Of a stretch of DNA of 64,000 bases, positions 19,860 through 30,085 are shown in pieces (the first letter of the stretch is position 1; each line of letters starts with the position of its first letter). The stretch is from Thermodesulfobacteriota bacterium (GTDB lineage Bacteria > Desulfobacterota > Desulfarculia > JACQYL01). A program made the translations under genes and the position numbers. The stretch spans positions 1,568,001 through 1,632,000 of the forward strand of contig CAXXLZ010000001.1 of assembly GCA_963675595.2 (NCBI GenBank), written 5' to 3'. The notes below the pieces were generated by a model. That model was given only the letters and a program-made list of their open reading frames with translations, did not search any database and was not told where the DNA came from.

Positions 19860-20738
19860 ATGCGTAATCATTGGTTCAGGCGCACATTGGACGTCAGGGT
19901 TCGTACGGCGGAAAATAACTCGGTGTGGGTGGAGGCCTTCTTGTCGGAAGGTCCGCGTCCCCTTCACTTGGATATTCTCGTGGCATTTCCCGATCATGTC
20001 ATCCGGGAGGCGCGGATCGAAACCTTTGTTGTGGATGAGGCCGGCGGACTCATTCCTTATATCAAAGAGACGACTGAGCTTACGGGCCTGGAGATCGGTC
20101 CCGGTTTTGTACGAAAAGCGCGCAGTGCCCTCCCCGAAGGCATCGAACAAGGTTCCGCCTTGGACGCCCTTGTCGAGTGTGCACGCATGATCGCCCAGGT
20201 GGGAACGCTGGAACCGGATGATGTCCGGCGGCTCGATATTACAGACCCGAGAGTGCTGCGGAATCTCGACCTGACGCACTGGCCTCAGCTGGAAAATGGG
20301 TGTATTCCCTACTCGGAGGAAATCGAGCGTCAATTCGACGACCGAGGCATCCGGGCGGCGAGCCGTATCGACATCTACTCACCTTTTCCGGGACAGCGTG
20401 TACGATTCAGAAGAGACAAGGTCTTCGAATGCGGCACTGACGGGAGCAACTGTTTCATGCGGGGATATTTGAGCGACGACATCCATGAGCTGGAAGTCGA
20501 GGTGACCATCGACAACGACACAAGAATCGTCGAGCACGCCGCAGCTCGCTCCATACGATCCCCGTATCCCGGAATATGCGATCAGCCCTTTCCGCGTGTT
20601 TGCGAGTTGATGGGGTCTGTCGCGGACGATTCCTTCAAGTCCCGAGTAGTTGAGACAGTGGGCCTGAACTTCGGTTGCGTCCACCTCAAGGACTTGATCC
20701 TGGATTTGGTTCGGTACGCGGACGGCAAGCGTGAATAG
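19860..20738 (+). CDS. DUF2889 domain protein (two tandem domains)
   Basis: C-terminal DDIHEL..RSPYPGIC..GCVHL. The N-terminal repeat is degenerate and ends in LENGCIPY. Confidence 0.7.
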   Translation: MRNHWFRRTLDVRVRTAENNSVWVEAFLSEGPRPLHLDILVAFPDHVIREARIETFVVDEAGGLIPYIKETTELTGLEIGPGFVRKARSALPEGIEQGSALDALVECARMIAQVGTLEPDDVRRLDITDPRVLRNLDLTHWPQLENGCIPYSEEIERQFDDRGIRAASRIDIYSPFPGQRVRFRRDKVFECGTDGSNCFMRGYLSDDIHELEVEVTIDNDTRIVEHAAARSIRSPYPGICDQPFPRVCELMGSVADDSFKSRVVETVGLNFGCVHLKDLILDLVRYADGKRE

Positions 20739-20794
20739 ACCGTTCCCCAAACGGCGCGACATCCGAAACCGTCCGCCGAGAGCGTTGGGGAGTT

Positions 20795-21964
20795 TTAGCC
20801 CGTTTCCGCCAAGTCCCTGGATGATCGCGTCAGAATTTCATACCCCCCTTCCGTAACGTGAACCGTGTCCTCAATGAACACGGCGCCGAAATCCGGAATG
20901 ATGAATTTGCTTTCCACCGCCAGCACCATGTCTTTCAGGATGGGTGTGGAGGTTCTCGGATCGATGACCGGAGGTTCGTCCACCTCGAGACCGATACCGT
21001 GTCCGAGATATTGTCCCTGGGAGTCGCCGAACCCCTGAAAGAAATCCGCGAATCCGAGGTTTCGGACTTTTTCCATACCGATTTCGAATACCTCTTGGAC
21101 GGGGATTCCCGCACGAATCGCCCCGAGGGCCGCCGACTGGACTTCCATGAGGTCGCGATAGGTGTCGCGCCGGCGAGGGGTCGCCCGCCCCGCCACATAG
21201 GTCCGGGCGTTGTCGGCGTGGTAGCCTTTATAGTTGATGGGGGAATCGACAACGATCAAATCGTTTTCGCAAATTTCGCGATCCGAGGCTCCCCAAGGCA
21301 ATGCCGTGCTCAATCCCACACCGGTTACCGTGTGGGCGTGCCCCGAGATACGATGCAGGTTTTCTCCCGAGGCTATGGCGCCCGTGGGTTGCAGCCAATC
21401 GTCCCAACGCCGAATGAACACCCTCTGTTCCACCTGGTTTCGAATCTGCACGTCCGCCAGGACCGCGCTAAGTTCCAGTTCCGTCATACCGGCCCGGATG
21501 CTCCGTTGCGCCGCCTCGTGCATCAGGTCGAACCGGGCGCAGGCCTCCCTCAGCAGTTGAATTTCGTCCGGGTCCTTAACGGCACGCTGCTCCATAATCA
21601 ACGGCGAGACGTCCGCCAACGTGAACGCTGGAAAAGCCGCGGCCATTCTCTGAATCAAACCGTAAGGTACGGTGTCGAACTCGACGCCGAGAGTGCCGTG
21701 CGAGATGCCGAGTTCTCCGAGCTTCCGGGCCATCTGTTTGGGACTGCCCCCCATTTCGTAGGGCTCGATCCAGGTTTCCTCACGGACAAACGACTCCCCT
21801 CTCCGCACCAGCAATAAAGGAGCTCCTTTTTGAGGTACGATCAGGTTGCATGGTTGGGCGGTGCCGCTGTAATAGAAAAGATCACGGTGTTGAAGAATAA
21901 TCGCCGCATCGATGCCGTTTTCCGACAGTTTGCGCTGAAGCGAATGTATGCGATGAAGTTTCAA
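20795..21964 (-). CDS. Xaa-Pro peptidase family (M24) protein
   Basis: Creatinase-type N-domain, plus VKDPDEI, GYHADNART, GHGIGLEVDEPP and IEDT. TTG start with AGGAGG. Confidence 0.88.
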   Translation of the reverse strand: MKLHRIHSLQRKLSENGIDAAIILQHRDLFYYSGTAQPCNLIVPQKGAPLLLVRRGESFVREETWIEPYEMGGSPKQMARKLGELGISHGTLGVEFDTVPYGLIQRMAAAFPAFTLADVSPLIMEQRAVKDPDEIQLLREACARFDLMHEAAQRSIRAGMTELELSAVLADVQIRNQVEQRVFIRRWDDWLQPTGAIASGENLHRISGHAHTVTGVGLSTALPWGASDREICENDLIVVDSPINYKGYHADNARTYVAGRATPRRRDTYRDLMEVQSAALGAIRAGIPVQEVFEIGMEKVRNLGFADFFQGFGDSQGQYLGHGIGLEVDEPPVIDPRTSTPILKDMVLAVESKFIIPDFGAVFIEDTVHVTEGGYEILTRSSRDLAETG

Positions 21965-22182
21965 AGGGACCTCCTTAGGGGAATTGTTTCAGCGACCAAC
22001 ATCACTGCTTCATCGTTCAGCTTCCGTGAATGAACAGCTACATGATTTTGTTGTCGGCATCAAGAACTAAGGTTTCCGATGTATCGGTACGGCATGAATA
22101 GTGATTCCCGTTGCCGTGATCAAGGATTCGCTTGAGCTGTTTTCCGCAACAAACCCGTAAACGTTCATAGGAGGCATACACC

Positions 22183-22971
22183 ATGGAAGATTCAGTAAGA
22201 ACGGTGGCCCGAATGATAATGGAGGTGGATAAAGTGGCCGTGTTCACAGGGGCCGGAGTCAGCACGGAATCGGGCATATCCGACTTTCGCAGCCCGGACG
22301 GCATTTGGTCCCGCTACGATCCCGAAGACTTCACCATTCAACGTTTCGTTTCCAGCAAAGAGGCGCGGAAGCGCAACTGGCAACTTCGCAGGGAGCTGGT
22401 TTCGGCGGGGTATCGGCCCAATCCCGCCCACTACTGCATCCGGGAACTTGAAGAAATGGGCAAGCTGTCTTGTGTGATCACACAAAATATCGACGGCCTG
22501 CATCACCAAGCGGGGAATTCCGAAGACAAAATCATCGAGCTCCACGGTACCATCAAATTCGCCAAGTGCCTGAATTGCGGTGATCGGCTTCTCATGACCA
22601 CCGTGCTGCAGCGCATTGATGAGGGTGAGGAGGACCCTCACTGCAGGCAATGCGGCGGTCTCTTGAAAGCGGCCACCGTCTCTTTCGGGGAAGCAATGCC
22701 GCAGGCCGAGATGGAACGTGCGGAACGTTGCTGCAGAGAATGCGATCTATTCATTGTCATCGGTTCGTCCCTGGTTGTGTTTCCCGCGGCGAGCATGCCG
22801 CTCATCGCCAAGCGCGCAGGTTCCAAGCTGGTTATTATCAACTACACTCCGACGGACATGGACCGGGAGGCGGATATCGTCATTCACGACAAAGCCGGAG
22901 CCACAATGCAGGCAATCCTCCGAGAGGTCGGACTTCTTAGAGAAGAGTCCGCGGGCGACGAATCCGCATAG
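22183..22971 (+). CDS. cobB: NAD-dependent protein deacylase (sirtuin)
   Basis: Contains TGAGVSTESGISDFR, TQNIDGLH, ELHG, two CxxC, and GSSLVVFPAA. Confidence 0.92.
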   Translation: MEDSVRTVARMIMEVDKVAVFTGAGVSTESGISDFRSPDGIWSRYDPEDFTIQRFVSSKEARKRNWQLRRELVSAGYRPNPAHYCIRELEEMGKLSCVITQNIDGLHHQAGNSEDKIIELHGTIKFAKCLNCGDRLLMTTVLQRIDEGEEDPHCRQCGGLLKAATVSFGEAMPQAEMERAERCCRECDLFIVIGSSLVVFPAASMPLIAKRAGSKLVIINYTPTDMDREADIVIHDKAGATMQAILREVGLLREESAGDESA

Positions 22972-23264
22972 CGGTAGACCTGAGATGGGGCTTGCCGTTC
23001 GCTGTTCGTTTTATTATAAGAAACACCTAGGTAAAACGGTCGGGCCATGAATGTTCCTGTAACACCCCGTTAAGACACGGGATAGGCGACAGGCCTGAGG
23101 AAAGACACTGCGATTCAAGCTGCGCGAACCCAGAAAAGCCGAGCGTAAATCCGAGACGTGAAACGCATTAAGGGTGACCCAAGCAGGCTGGGGCGGTGGG
23201 ATCGCATTTCTCAAGGGCAGGTTTACCATTTTCATCAAGCAACAGCGGACACGGGAGGAGTACT

Positions 23265-24551
23265 ATGCTGCCGAAAAGAGTAGCGATCATCGATGGGTAT
23301 CGGACCCCCTTTTGCAGAGCCGGCACCGAGTTCATGGAAATGGACGCGGTTGATCTGGCAAAGGTGGCGACGGCCGAGCTCGTCAACCGGTCGGAGATCG
23401 ACGTAAAAGAGATCGATGAGGTGGCCATGGGGGTCTCCATCGGGCACCCGTCCATTACCAACCTCGCGAGAATGGTGGCTTTGGGCATCGGCCTCCGAAA
23501 AGACGTGCACGCCTATCATATGCAGATTGCCTGTGCAACAAGCCTTTTGACCGCGGCGCATGTGGCCATGAGCATCGCTTTGGGTTCGGCGGACGTGGGG
23601 ATCGCGGGCGGAGCCGAAAGTATGAGCTTTGTGCCCATCCTGGCCAACGAGCCGGTGAGGAGGGCCATTCTCGCGGCCCAGGCCCAGAAGGATCCTCAGC
23701 AGCAACTTATGACCATCGGGCAGGTGCCCCTCATGCAGTTCATTCCTCAGCCCACCCCCATTCAGGAGCCCTACACGGGTTATTCCATGGGCGAGCACAC
23801 GGAACTGATGGTCCAGGAATGGAGCGTTTCGAGGGAAGCCCAGGACGACTTTGCGTACCGTTCGCACAAGATGGCCGGCGAAGCCGTGGCGGACGGCAGA
23901 ATCCCCGCGGAAATCGTCCCGGTGTTCGCTCGTCCCGATTTCAAACCGGTGACTGCGGACAACCTGATCAGGCCCAACCCGGACCGCGCGAAAATGGCGA
24001 CTCTGCCCCCCGTTTTCGACAAGGAAGTGGGCACCATCACCGCCGCCAATTCCAGCCCATTGACGGACGGCGCCAGCGCCGTTCTGTTGATGTCGGAAGA
24101 AAAGGCCAAAGCTCTGGGCTACAAGCCCAAAGCGTTCATCAAAGGATTCGGATTTTCCGGCGTGGACCTTGATCTCGGTATGTTGTTCGGTCCGGTGTAC
24201 AGCACGCCGAAAGCCCTCAAGAATACCGGGTTGAAACTCTCCGATATCGACCTCGTGGAAATGCACGAGGCGTTCGCCGGTCAGATTCTCTGCAATCTGA
24301 AAGCCTTTACGGCAAAAGACTGGCTGAAGAAGAATCTCGGGTTGGACGAACCCATCGGCGAAGTCAACATGGACCGATTCAATTTGATGGGCGGCTCCAT
24401 TTCTCTGGGTCATCCTTTCGCGGCCACCGGCGGTAGAATGCTGATCAGCTGCGCGAACCAGCTTCCTCGGGTGGATGGAACTTTTGGGTTGGTCACGGCT
24501 TGCGCCGCCAACGGCACGGGAGGCGCCGTTATCCTGGAACGAGCCCAATAA
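23265..24551 (+). CDS. fadI: 3-ketoacyl-CoA thiolase, FadI/HADHB type
   Basis: Contains RTPF, IACATS, HEAFAGQ, GHPFAATG and CAANGTG. Directly upstream of the fadJ-like gene. Confidence 0.85.
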   Translation: MLPKRVAIIDGYRTPFCRAGTEFMEMDAVDLAKVATAELVNRSEIDVKEIDEVAMGVSIGHPSITNLARMVALGIGLRKDVHAYHMQIACATSLLTAAHVAMSIALGSADVGIAGGAESMSFVPILANEPVRRAILAAQAQKDPQQQLMTIGQVPLMQFIPQPTPIQEPYTGYSMGEHTELMVQEWSVSREAQDDFAYRSHKMAGEAVADGRIPAEIVPVFARPDFKPVTADNLIRPNPDRAKMATLPPVFDKEVGTITAANSSPLTDGASAVLLMSEEKAKALGYKPKAFIKGFGFSGVDLDLGMLFGPVYSTPKALKNTGLKLSDIDLVEMHEAFAGQILCNLKAFTAKDWLKKNLGLDEPIGEVNMDRFNLMGGSISLGHPFAATGGRMLISCANQLPRVDGTFGLVTACAANGTGGAVILERAQ

Positions 24552-24587
24552 AACGAGCGCACGAACAGCGTGAAAGGAGAAGCCGCA

Positions 24588-26702
24588 ATGACCGAACCGA
24601 AAATCCTGACCATGGAGAAGCTCGATACGGGCGTGGGAATCCTGACTTTCGACGCTCCCAATACCCCTATGAACACCATCAGCGATCAAGCCACGCTGGA
24701 ACTGGCGGAATGGATCGACCAGGCCGAAAAAGACAAGGACCTCAAAGCCGTCGCCCTGTTGGGCAAATCAACCAATTTCATTGCCGGTGCGGATATTTCC
24801 GAAATCCAGAAGATCACGAAAATAGAGGAAGCCGTGCAATTGAGCGCAAGGCTTCAGGGGTTGCTCAACCGCCTGGAAGCCCTGGACAAACCCGTCATTG
24901 CCGCGATACACGGACCCGCCCTGGGTGGAGGCCTCGAGCTGGCCATGGCTTGTCACTACCGAATCGTTTCATCGGCCGACGCCACGGTACTCGGACTTCC
25001 GGAGGTTAAGCTGGGGCTTCTGCCCGGAGCCGGGGGCACGCAACGCCTTATGCGTTTGATTCCCCTTCAGGACGCCATGGAGGCGGTTTTAACGGGCAAG
25101 AACATTCGGCCTCGGGAAGCCCTGAAGCTCGGTCTGGCGGATGAATTGGCCCTTCCCTATCGAATCAGGGAAACCGCCATAGAGCGCGCGACACAGATCG
25201 CCCGGGGCGAATTCGTCATCAAACGCAAATCACCACCCATGCCTCCGGCCAAGATGTTGCCGGCGCTTTACGAACAAGCCAAAGCCCGTATCGCCAAGGA
25301 GGCACGTGGAATCTTTCCCGCCCCCATGGAGATTCTCGAGTCCATGTACAAGGGACTCACGGACGGCATGAAGGCCGGTTTGGACGAGGAATCCAAGCGA
25401 TTTGGAACGGTTGTGATGTCCAAAGAAGCCTCCTCCCTGATCCATGTGTTTTTCTCGGAGCGAGGTTCCAAGAAGGATATGGGACCCGCCGCGGGAGTCA
25501 AACCGAAACCTGTTGCGAAAATCGGCGTGCTGGGCGCCGGCATCATGGGACACGGTATCGCCGCCGTCAAAGCGGATGCGGGCTACCTGGTGCGCATGAA
25601 GGACCGTGACCTCGGTGCCGTATCGGCGGGTCTGAAAGCCGCCTCCGATGTTCTTCGAAAAACCTGGATCAAACGCCCGAGAGGAGAATTCGAGTATCGC
25701 AGGCGCATGGATTTGATCAGCGCCTCTCCCGACTACAGCGGGTTCGAAAAAGCGGATGTGTGCATTGAGGCCGTGTATGAGGACATCGATCTCAAACATC
25801 GGGTCATCAAAGAAGTGGAGGAGGTGCTCCCCGACCACGCGATCTTCGCCTCCAACACCTCCGCCATCCCCATTACCCGATTGGCGGAGGCATCCAAGCG
25901 GAAAGAGCAGTTCCTGGGAATGCACTACTTCTCTCCGGTGCACAAGATGCCCCTCATTGAGATTATCGTCACCAAGGATACCTCCAAAGAGGCTTTGGCC
26001 ACTGCGTGCATGCTGTGCGCCAAGACCAAGAAGACCCCCATCATCGTCAACGACGGAGCCGGTTTCTTCACGAGCCGAGTGATCTCCCGTTACATCCAGG
26101 AAGCCATGTTCATGCTGGATGAGGGAGCCCGCATCGAGGATATAGACGCAAGCGCGGTCAAGGTCGGATTTCCCGTGGGGCCGGTCACGGTGAGCGACGA
26201 AGTCGGACTGGATACCGCGGCCAAGGTGGGACACGTACTCCTGGAGGTGTTCCAGAATCGTTTCTCACCGTCTCCTCTTCTGGACAAGCTGGCTGAAGCC
26301 GGGAGAATGGGACGCAAGAACGGTCTGGGATTCTACGAGTACGGAGACGGAAAGAAGAAGGGCCCCGACGCTTCCTCCTATGCTCTTACGGCCCAAGGGG
26401 CGGAACGCGTCTCTTTGACTCCCGATGAGATCAGTAATCGTCTTCTCCTCGCGTTCTGCCTGGAGTCCGCTCTCTGTCTCGAAGAAGACATCCTTCGAAA
26501 TCCGAGAGATGGAGACATCGGCGGGATCATGGGAATCGGTTTTCCGCCGAACCTGGGCGGTCCCTTCCACTACATGCAGACCCGCGGAATTGCGGCCGTG
26601 GCGGATGACCTGGCCAAGCTGGAGGAACGCTTCGGGGGCAGATTCCAGGTTCCGCAGATTCTGAAAGACATGGCGGGTTCGGGAAAGGTTTTCTTTCCCT
26701 GA
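24588..26702 (+). CDS. fadJ: Fatty acid oxidation complex alpha subunit (enoyl-CoA hydratase/3-hydroxyacyl-CoA dehydrogenase)
   Basis: Contains FIAGADI, GGGLELA, LPEVKLG, GAGIMG, ASNTS and HYFSPV. Confidence 0.9.
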   Translation: MTEPKILTMEKLDTGVGILTFDAPNTPMNTISDQATLELAEWIDQAEKDKDLKAVALLGKSTNFIAGADISEIQKITKIEEAVQLSARLQGLLNRLEALDKPVIAAIHGPALGGGLELAMACHYRIVSSADATVLGLPEVKLGLLPGAGGTQRLMRLIPLQDAMEAVLTGKNIRPREALKLGLADELALPYRIRETAIERATQIARGEFVIKRKSPPMPPAKMLPALYEQAKARIAKEARGIFPAPMEILESMYKGLTDGMKAGLDEESKRFGTVVMSKEASSLIHVFFSERGSKKDMGPAAGVKPKPVAKIGVLGAGIMGHGIAAVKADAGYLVRMKDRDLGAVSAGLKAASDVLRKTWIKRPRGEFEYRRRMDLISASPDYSGFEKADVCIEAVYEDIDLKHRVIKEVEEVLPDHAIFASNTSAIPITRLAEASKRKEQFLGMHYFSPVHKMPLIEIIVTKDTSKEALATACMLCAKTKKTPIIVNDGAGFFTSRVISRYIQEAMFMLDEGARIEDIDASAVKVGFPVGPVTVSDEVGLDTAAKVGHVLLEVFQNRFSPSPLLDKLAEAGRMGRKNGLGFYEYGDGKKKGPDASSYALTAQGAERVSLTPDEISNRLLLAFCLESALCLEEDILRNPRDGDIGGIMGIGFPPNLGGPFHYMQTRGIAAVADDLAKLEERFGGRFQVPQILKDMAGSGKVFFP

Positions 26703-26882
26703 TCCTGCCGCCGCCAACACCCAAGGGGTCGCCGGTTCAAGCATCCGGAAACGACCCCTAAAGGGGGAAGTGCGAACGGAGAAGATTGCCGTTCAGGCGC
26801 AACAAACCGTCTATACGAAACTTGGTCCAAATACTCGGAGATGCCGTGTCCCGGCATCTCCGCATCTCTGGAAGGATAAGTC

Positions 26883-28013
26883 ATGATTGAAAAGTTCGAA
26901 CGAGCGAACCAGCCCATGACGCTCAAGAACCCTGTGGTTCAAGAGTTGAAGGCGGCCGGCAAAAAGGTTTTCGGTTACACCTGTACCAACTTTCCCGAGG
27001 AAATCCTTTACGCCGCGGGGATCATCCCCGTTCGCGCCATAGGGGCCCCGGGGCTGACCGGCGAAACCGGTCCGTTGCAGCCGGCGGCGCAATGCTTCAT
27101 CGCACGAGGCAACATGGAAATGGCTTTGGGCGAAGGTTTCTCCAACCTGGACGGTTTCGTGATCACCAACACCTGCGACATGGCCCAGAACTTCTACGGC
27201 GCCCTCGAATACTACAAGCCGTTTCCTTTCTGTTACTTTATTTCCAGACCTAACATCGCTCACTCGGAACCCGCGTTGAAGTTTTTCAGATACGAGATCG
27301 ACATGTTTATCAAGGCCGTCGAAGAATACGTGGGCAAGCCCATTTCCGAAGACGATCTTTCCGAGGCCGTTGCGACCTACAACACGAATCGTCGCCTCCT
27401 GTCGGAGCTGTATGATCTTCGAGGAAAATCGGAGCGACCCAAGATATCCGGCTCGGACTTTACCAAGGTGATGATCGCTTCGTTCTACATGGACAAGAAA
27501 GAGCACAATCAGTTGTTGGAGGGCTACCTGCAAGAACTGAAAAAAGCCCCAGGCATGGAAGGGGAACCGGTCCGAATTCATCTCTCCGGTTCTACCTACC
27601 CTGATACCGACATTTTCGGGTTGATCGAGGAAACCGGAGGTTTGGTGGTCTCCGACGATCTCTGCGTCGGCACGCGGTACTTCATGAATCCGGTGCGAGA
27701 GGACAGAAACCCCGTGGACGCTTTGACGGACCGGTATCTCAACAAACTTGCCTGTCCCTGCATGCATCAGGGGGGAAAATTGGATGAGCGCTACAACTTC
27801 ATTACGGCGCAATTGAAACAGAACCGTGGTCAGGGAGTGCTGTTCGGTCTCCAGAGATTCTGCGATACCCACCTCGTGGACTATCAGGCCCTGAGGTATC
27901 GTCTGGAACGCGACGGGATTCCTTTCCTGTATCACGAAGTGGAAACCACTATCGGCGCGGGCCAGCTCCGCACCAAACTGGAAGCATTCTATGAGATCGT
28001 GAAGGGGGCGTAA
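26883..28013 (+). CDS. 2-hydroxyacyl-CoA dehydratase / benzoyl-CoA reductase family subunit (HgdB/BzdN-like)
   Basis: Contains FPEEIL, NTCD, DDLCVGTRYF, CPC, RFCD and GQLRTKLEAF. Confidence 0.85.
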   Translation: MIEKFERANQPMTLKNPVVQELKAAGKKVFGYTCTNFPEEILYAAGIIPVRAIGAPGLTGETGPLQPAAQCFIARGNMEMALGEGFSNLDGFVITNTCDMAQNFYGALEYYKPFPFCYFISRPNIAHSEPALKFFRYEIDMFIKAVEEYVGKPISEDDLSEAVATYNTNRRLLSELYDLRGKSERPKISGSDFTKVMIASFYMDKKEHNQLLEGYLQELKKAPGMEGEPVRIHLSGSTYPDTDIFGLIEETGGLVVSDDLCVGTRYFMNPVREDRNPVDALTDRYLNKLACPCMHQGGKLDERYNFITAQLKQNRGQGVLFGLQRFCDTHLVDYQALRYRLERDGIPFLYHEVETTIGAGQLRTKLEAFYEIVKGA

Positions 28014-28015
28014 CC

Positions 28016-29341
28016 ATGAGTAACTCCGATTCGAAAAAAGCCACCTCCAAGTCCATCAAGTCCCTTAAGACCGCAAATGAAGTCTTTACCAACGTCTTGG
28101 AGTATTACAAGCGAGGCTATGAAGCCAAGGCCTCGGGCAGCACCAAGATCGTGTATCATACGGGTTGGGACCCAGTGGAGATCGATTATGCCATGGGTCT
28201 GATCCCCATGTTTCCCGAGAATTTCTCGGCGGCCTGCGGCGCCACCCAGCTCTCGATTCCACTGATTGAAGTTGCGGAATCCATGAACGCCCCGGAAGAC
28301 TTGTGCTCCTATTTTAAAAATCACTACGGGTTCATGAAAGGCACCTTCCCTGAGGAGGTTCTCAAGCCTCTGTCCAGGATTCGAATCCCCGATCCCGACA
28401 TGGTGGCCTCGTGCAAGAACCTCTGCAGGCTGCACCCTCTTTGGATGCGCATCGTGGCCGAACATTACGACGTACCCTACTTCTCCATCGACAGCCCCGT
28501 CATGCCGCCGCGATATGACAAGAATCCGTTCGCTTTCGAAAAGCAGTGGGGCGGGCACATCCGTCAGCAAATCGGGAAAGAGGCCATAGAATACGGTGTT
28601 GCTCAGTTGAAGCAATATATCGCGTTTCTGGAGGAGCATTCCGGCAGGAAAATGGACTATGACCGGCTCAAAGAGTGCGCCGCTCATTCCGCGAGAATGG
28701 GCTCGCTCTACAACGAAATTTTTGAGCTGCGTAAAAACGTCCCCTGTCCCGCCGGCGGGGAAGACCTCAATACACTGGTGTTCTTCGCTGTGACCATGGC
28801 GGGCACCAAGGAGGCCGCCGACTTCTATCAGCGGGTCGTGGACGAAATGAAGGAACGTGTCGCCCAGGGTAAGGGGGTTCTTGAGAACGAACGTTTCCGA
28901 TTGGTCTTCGACGGGATTCCACCCTGGTTCAATATGGGCCTGTTCAACTACCTCCACAAGTTCGGCGCCCTCTCCGTGGAGGAGCTCTATCCCCGTCTGT
29001 GGTGCGAAACCGTTGACCCCGAAAAACCCCTCGAGAGCTTGGCGATCAAGTACATGTACAGCATGGGGCACACCACTACCTTTACGCAGTTCCTCGAATA
29101 CAACAGAGATCGGGTCAAGGATTGGAAGATCGACGGGGCCATTTTGTGGAACCTCACCACGTGTCGGCTCATGGCCGTAATTCTGAATCCCAGAGACAAG
29201 ACTTCCTTCGAAAGGGAGCTCGGGATTCCCGCTCTTATGCTCGATGCGGACCAGGTGGACCCCAGGCGGTTCGCCCATGCACAGGTCATCAGTCGAATCG
29301 ACGCCTTCATGGAGATGCTTGAACAACGAAAGTACGGTTGA
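28016..29341 (+). CDS. 2-hydroxyacyl-CoA dehydratase / benzoyl-CoA reductase family subunit (HgdA/BzdO-like)
   Basis: Contains FPEN, DLCSY, NLC, TTCR, DQVDPR and SRIDAFMEML. Confidence 0.85.
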   Translation: MSNSDSKKATSKSIKSLKTANEVFTNVLEYYKRGYEAKASGSTKIVYHTGWDPVEIDYAMGLIPMFPENFSAACGATQLSIPLIEVAESMNAPEDLCSYFKNHYGFMKGTFPEEVLKPLSRIRIPDPDMVASCKNLCRLHPLWMRIVAEHYDVPYFSIDSPVMPPRYDKNPFAFEKQWGGHIRQQIGKEAIEYGVAQLKQYIAFLEEHSGRKMDYDRLKECAAHSARMGSLYNEIFELRKNVPCPAGGEDLNTLVFFAVTMAGTKEAADFYQRVVDEMKERVAQGKGVLENERFRLVFDGIPPWFNMGLFNYLHKFGALSVEELYPRLWCETVDPEKPLESLAIKYMYSMGHTTTFTQFLEYNRDRVKDWKIDGAILWNLTTCRLMAVILNPRDKTSFERELGIPALMLDADQVDPRRFAHAQVISRIDAFMEMLEQRKYG

Positions 29342-29357
29342 TCCCGAACAACAATGA

Positions 29358-29389
29358 GAAACGGCCGTCTTCTGAGGGACGGCCGTTTC
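29358..29389 (+). terminator. Stem-loop terminator after the fadI-fadJ-dehydratase operon
   Basis: Perfect 12-bp stem GAAACGGCCGTC-N8-GACGGCCGTTTC, just after the stop codon. Confidence 0.7.
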
Positions 29390-29598
29390 GCTGTTATCGG
29401 AGAAAGGATTGTTTGCTGAGTGTAATGTCCACGGTTGGGCGTCGGTGGCCGGATTTCAGCAATGGCGATAATTCCGGATCGAACATCCGGATGAAAACAA
29501 ACCCCGTCGGCAATAGACTTTCAGTTTCGGACAAGCGAAGACCGTCGACGCCCTCTCACTCGGCTAAAGCCCCTTCGGAACTGCGCGGGTGCGAGCTC

Positions 29599-29853
29599 TC
29601 AGCCTTCTTCCTGAGCGTAAGGTTTGGGACCCAGTACTTCCGCATACTTCTCAAGCATGACTTTGAAAGATACTTTGAGTCGGGTGCGGTACAGGACCCT
29701 GCCCCCCTCCTCGACCCTCACGTCCATGCGGGTTACCTCGGCCACTCTCAAATCATCGAGAGTTTTGCTGGCCACCTCGATGGCATCTTTGGCCGCGGCT
29801 TCCCAGCCGGTGTAACTCGTTCCGACCAGTTCGATGACCTTGTACGTGCTCAT
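29599..29853 (-). CDS. Dodecin family protein
   Basis: Reads YKVIELVGTS..WE.AA..A...ASKTL..LR...Y...LKVSF. RBS GGAG. Confidence 0.88.
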   Translation of the reverse strand: MSTYKVIELVGTSYTGWEAAAKDAIEVASKTLDDLRVAEVTRMDVRVEEGGRVLYRTRLKVSFKVMLEKYAEVLGPKPYAQEEG

Positions 29854-29905
29854 GACCGCTCTCCTTCCGTGCTGAAGTTATCGCCTAGGGTTCTCCTTCT
29901 ATTTA

Positions 29906-29936
29906 ATTATAACTTACACCAGGTCGGATCTGTCAA
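29906..29936 (-). promoter_or_regulatory. Putative sigma70 promoter for dodecin
   Basis: TTGACA-N19-TATAAT on the minus strand; the spacer is longer than optimal. Confidence 0.5.
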
Positions 29937-30085
29937 ATTTCACGACAAAGCCGGATCGACCTTGGAAGAACCTTTCGGCACCGAGGCGGCATATGCGCCT
30001 CGGCTATGTCCGGAGATTTTTGCGGCCGACGTCTTTCAACCGGTCGTAATGCCTTCATGCTTGCCGTAAGACGGCCGTTCACCAA

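Noticed and set aside
23020-23264. 245-nt leader upstream of fadI as a possible ncRNA
   Set aside because: No recognisable RNA motif or strong structure. It cannot be supported without a covariance search.
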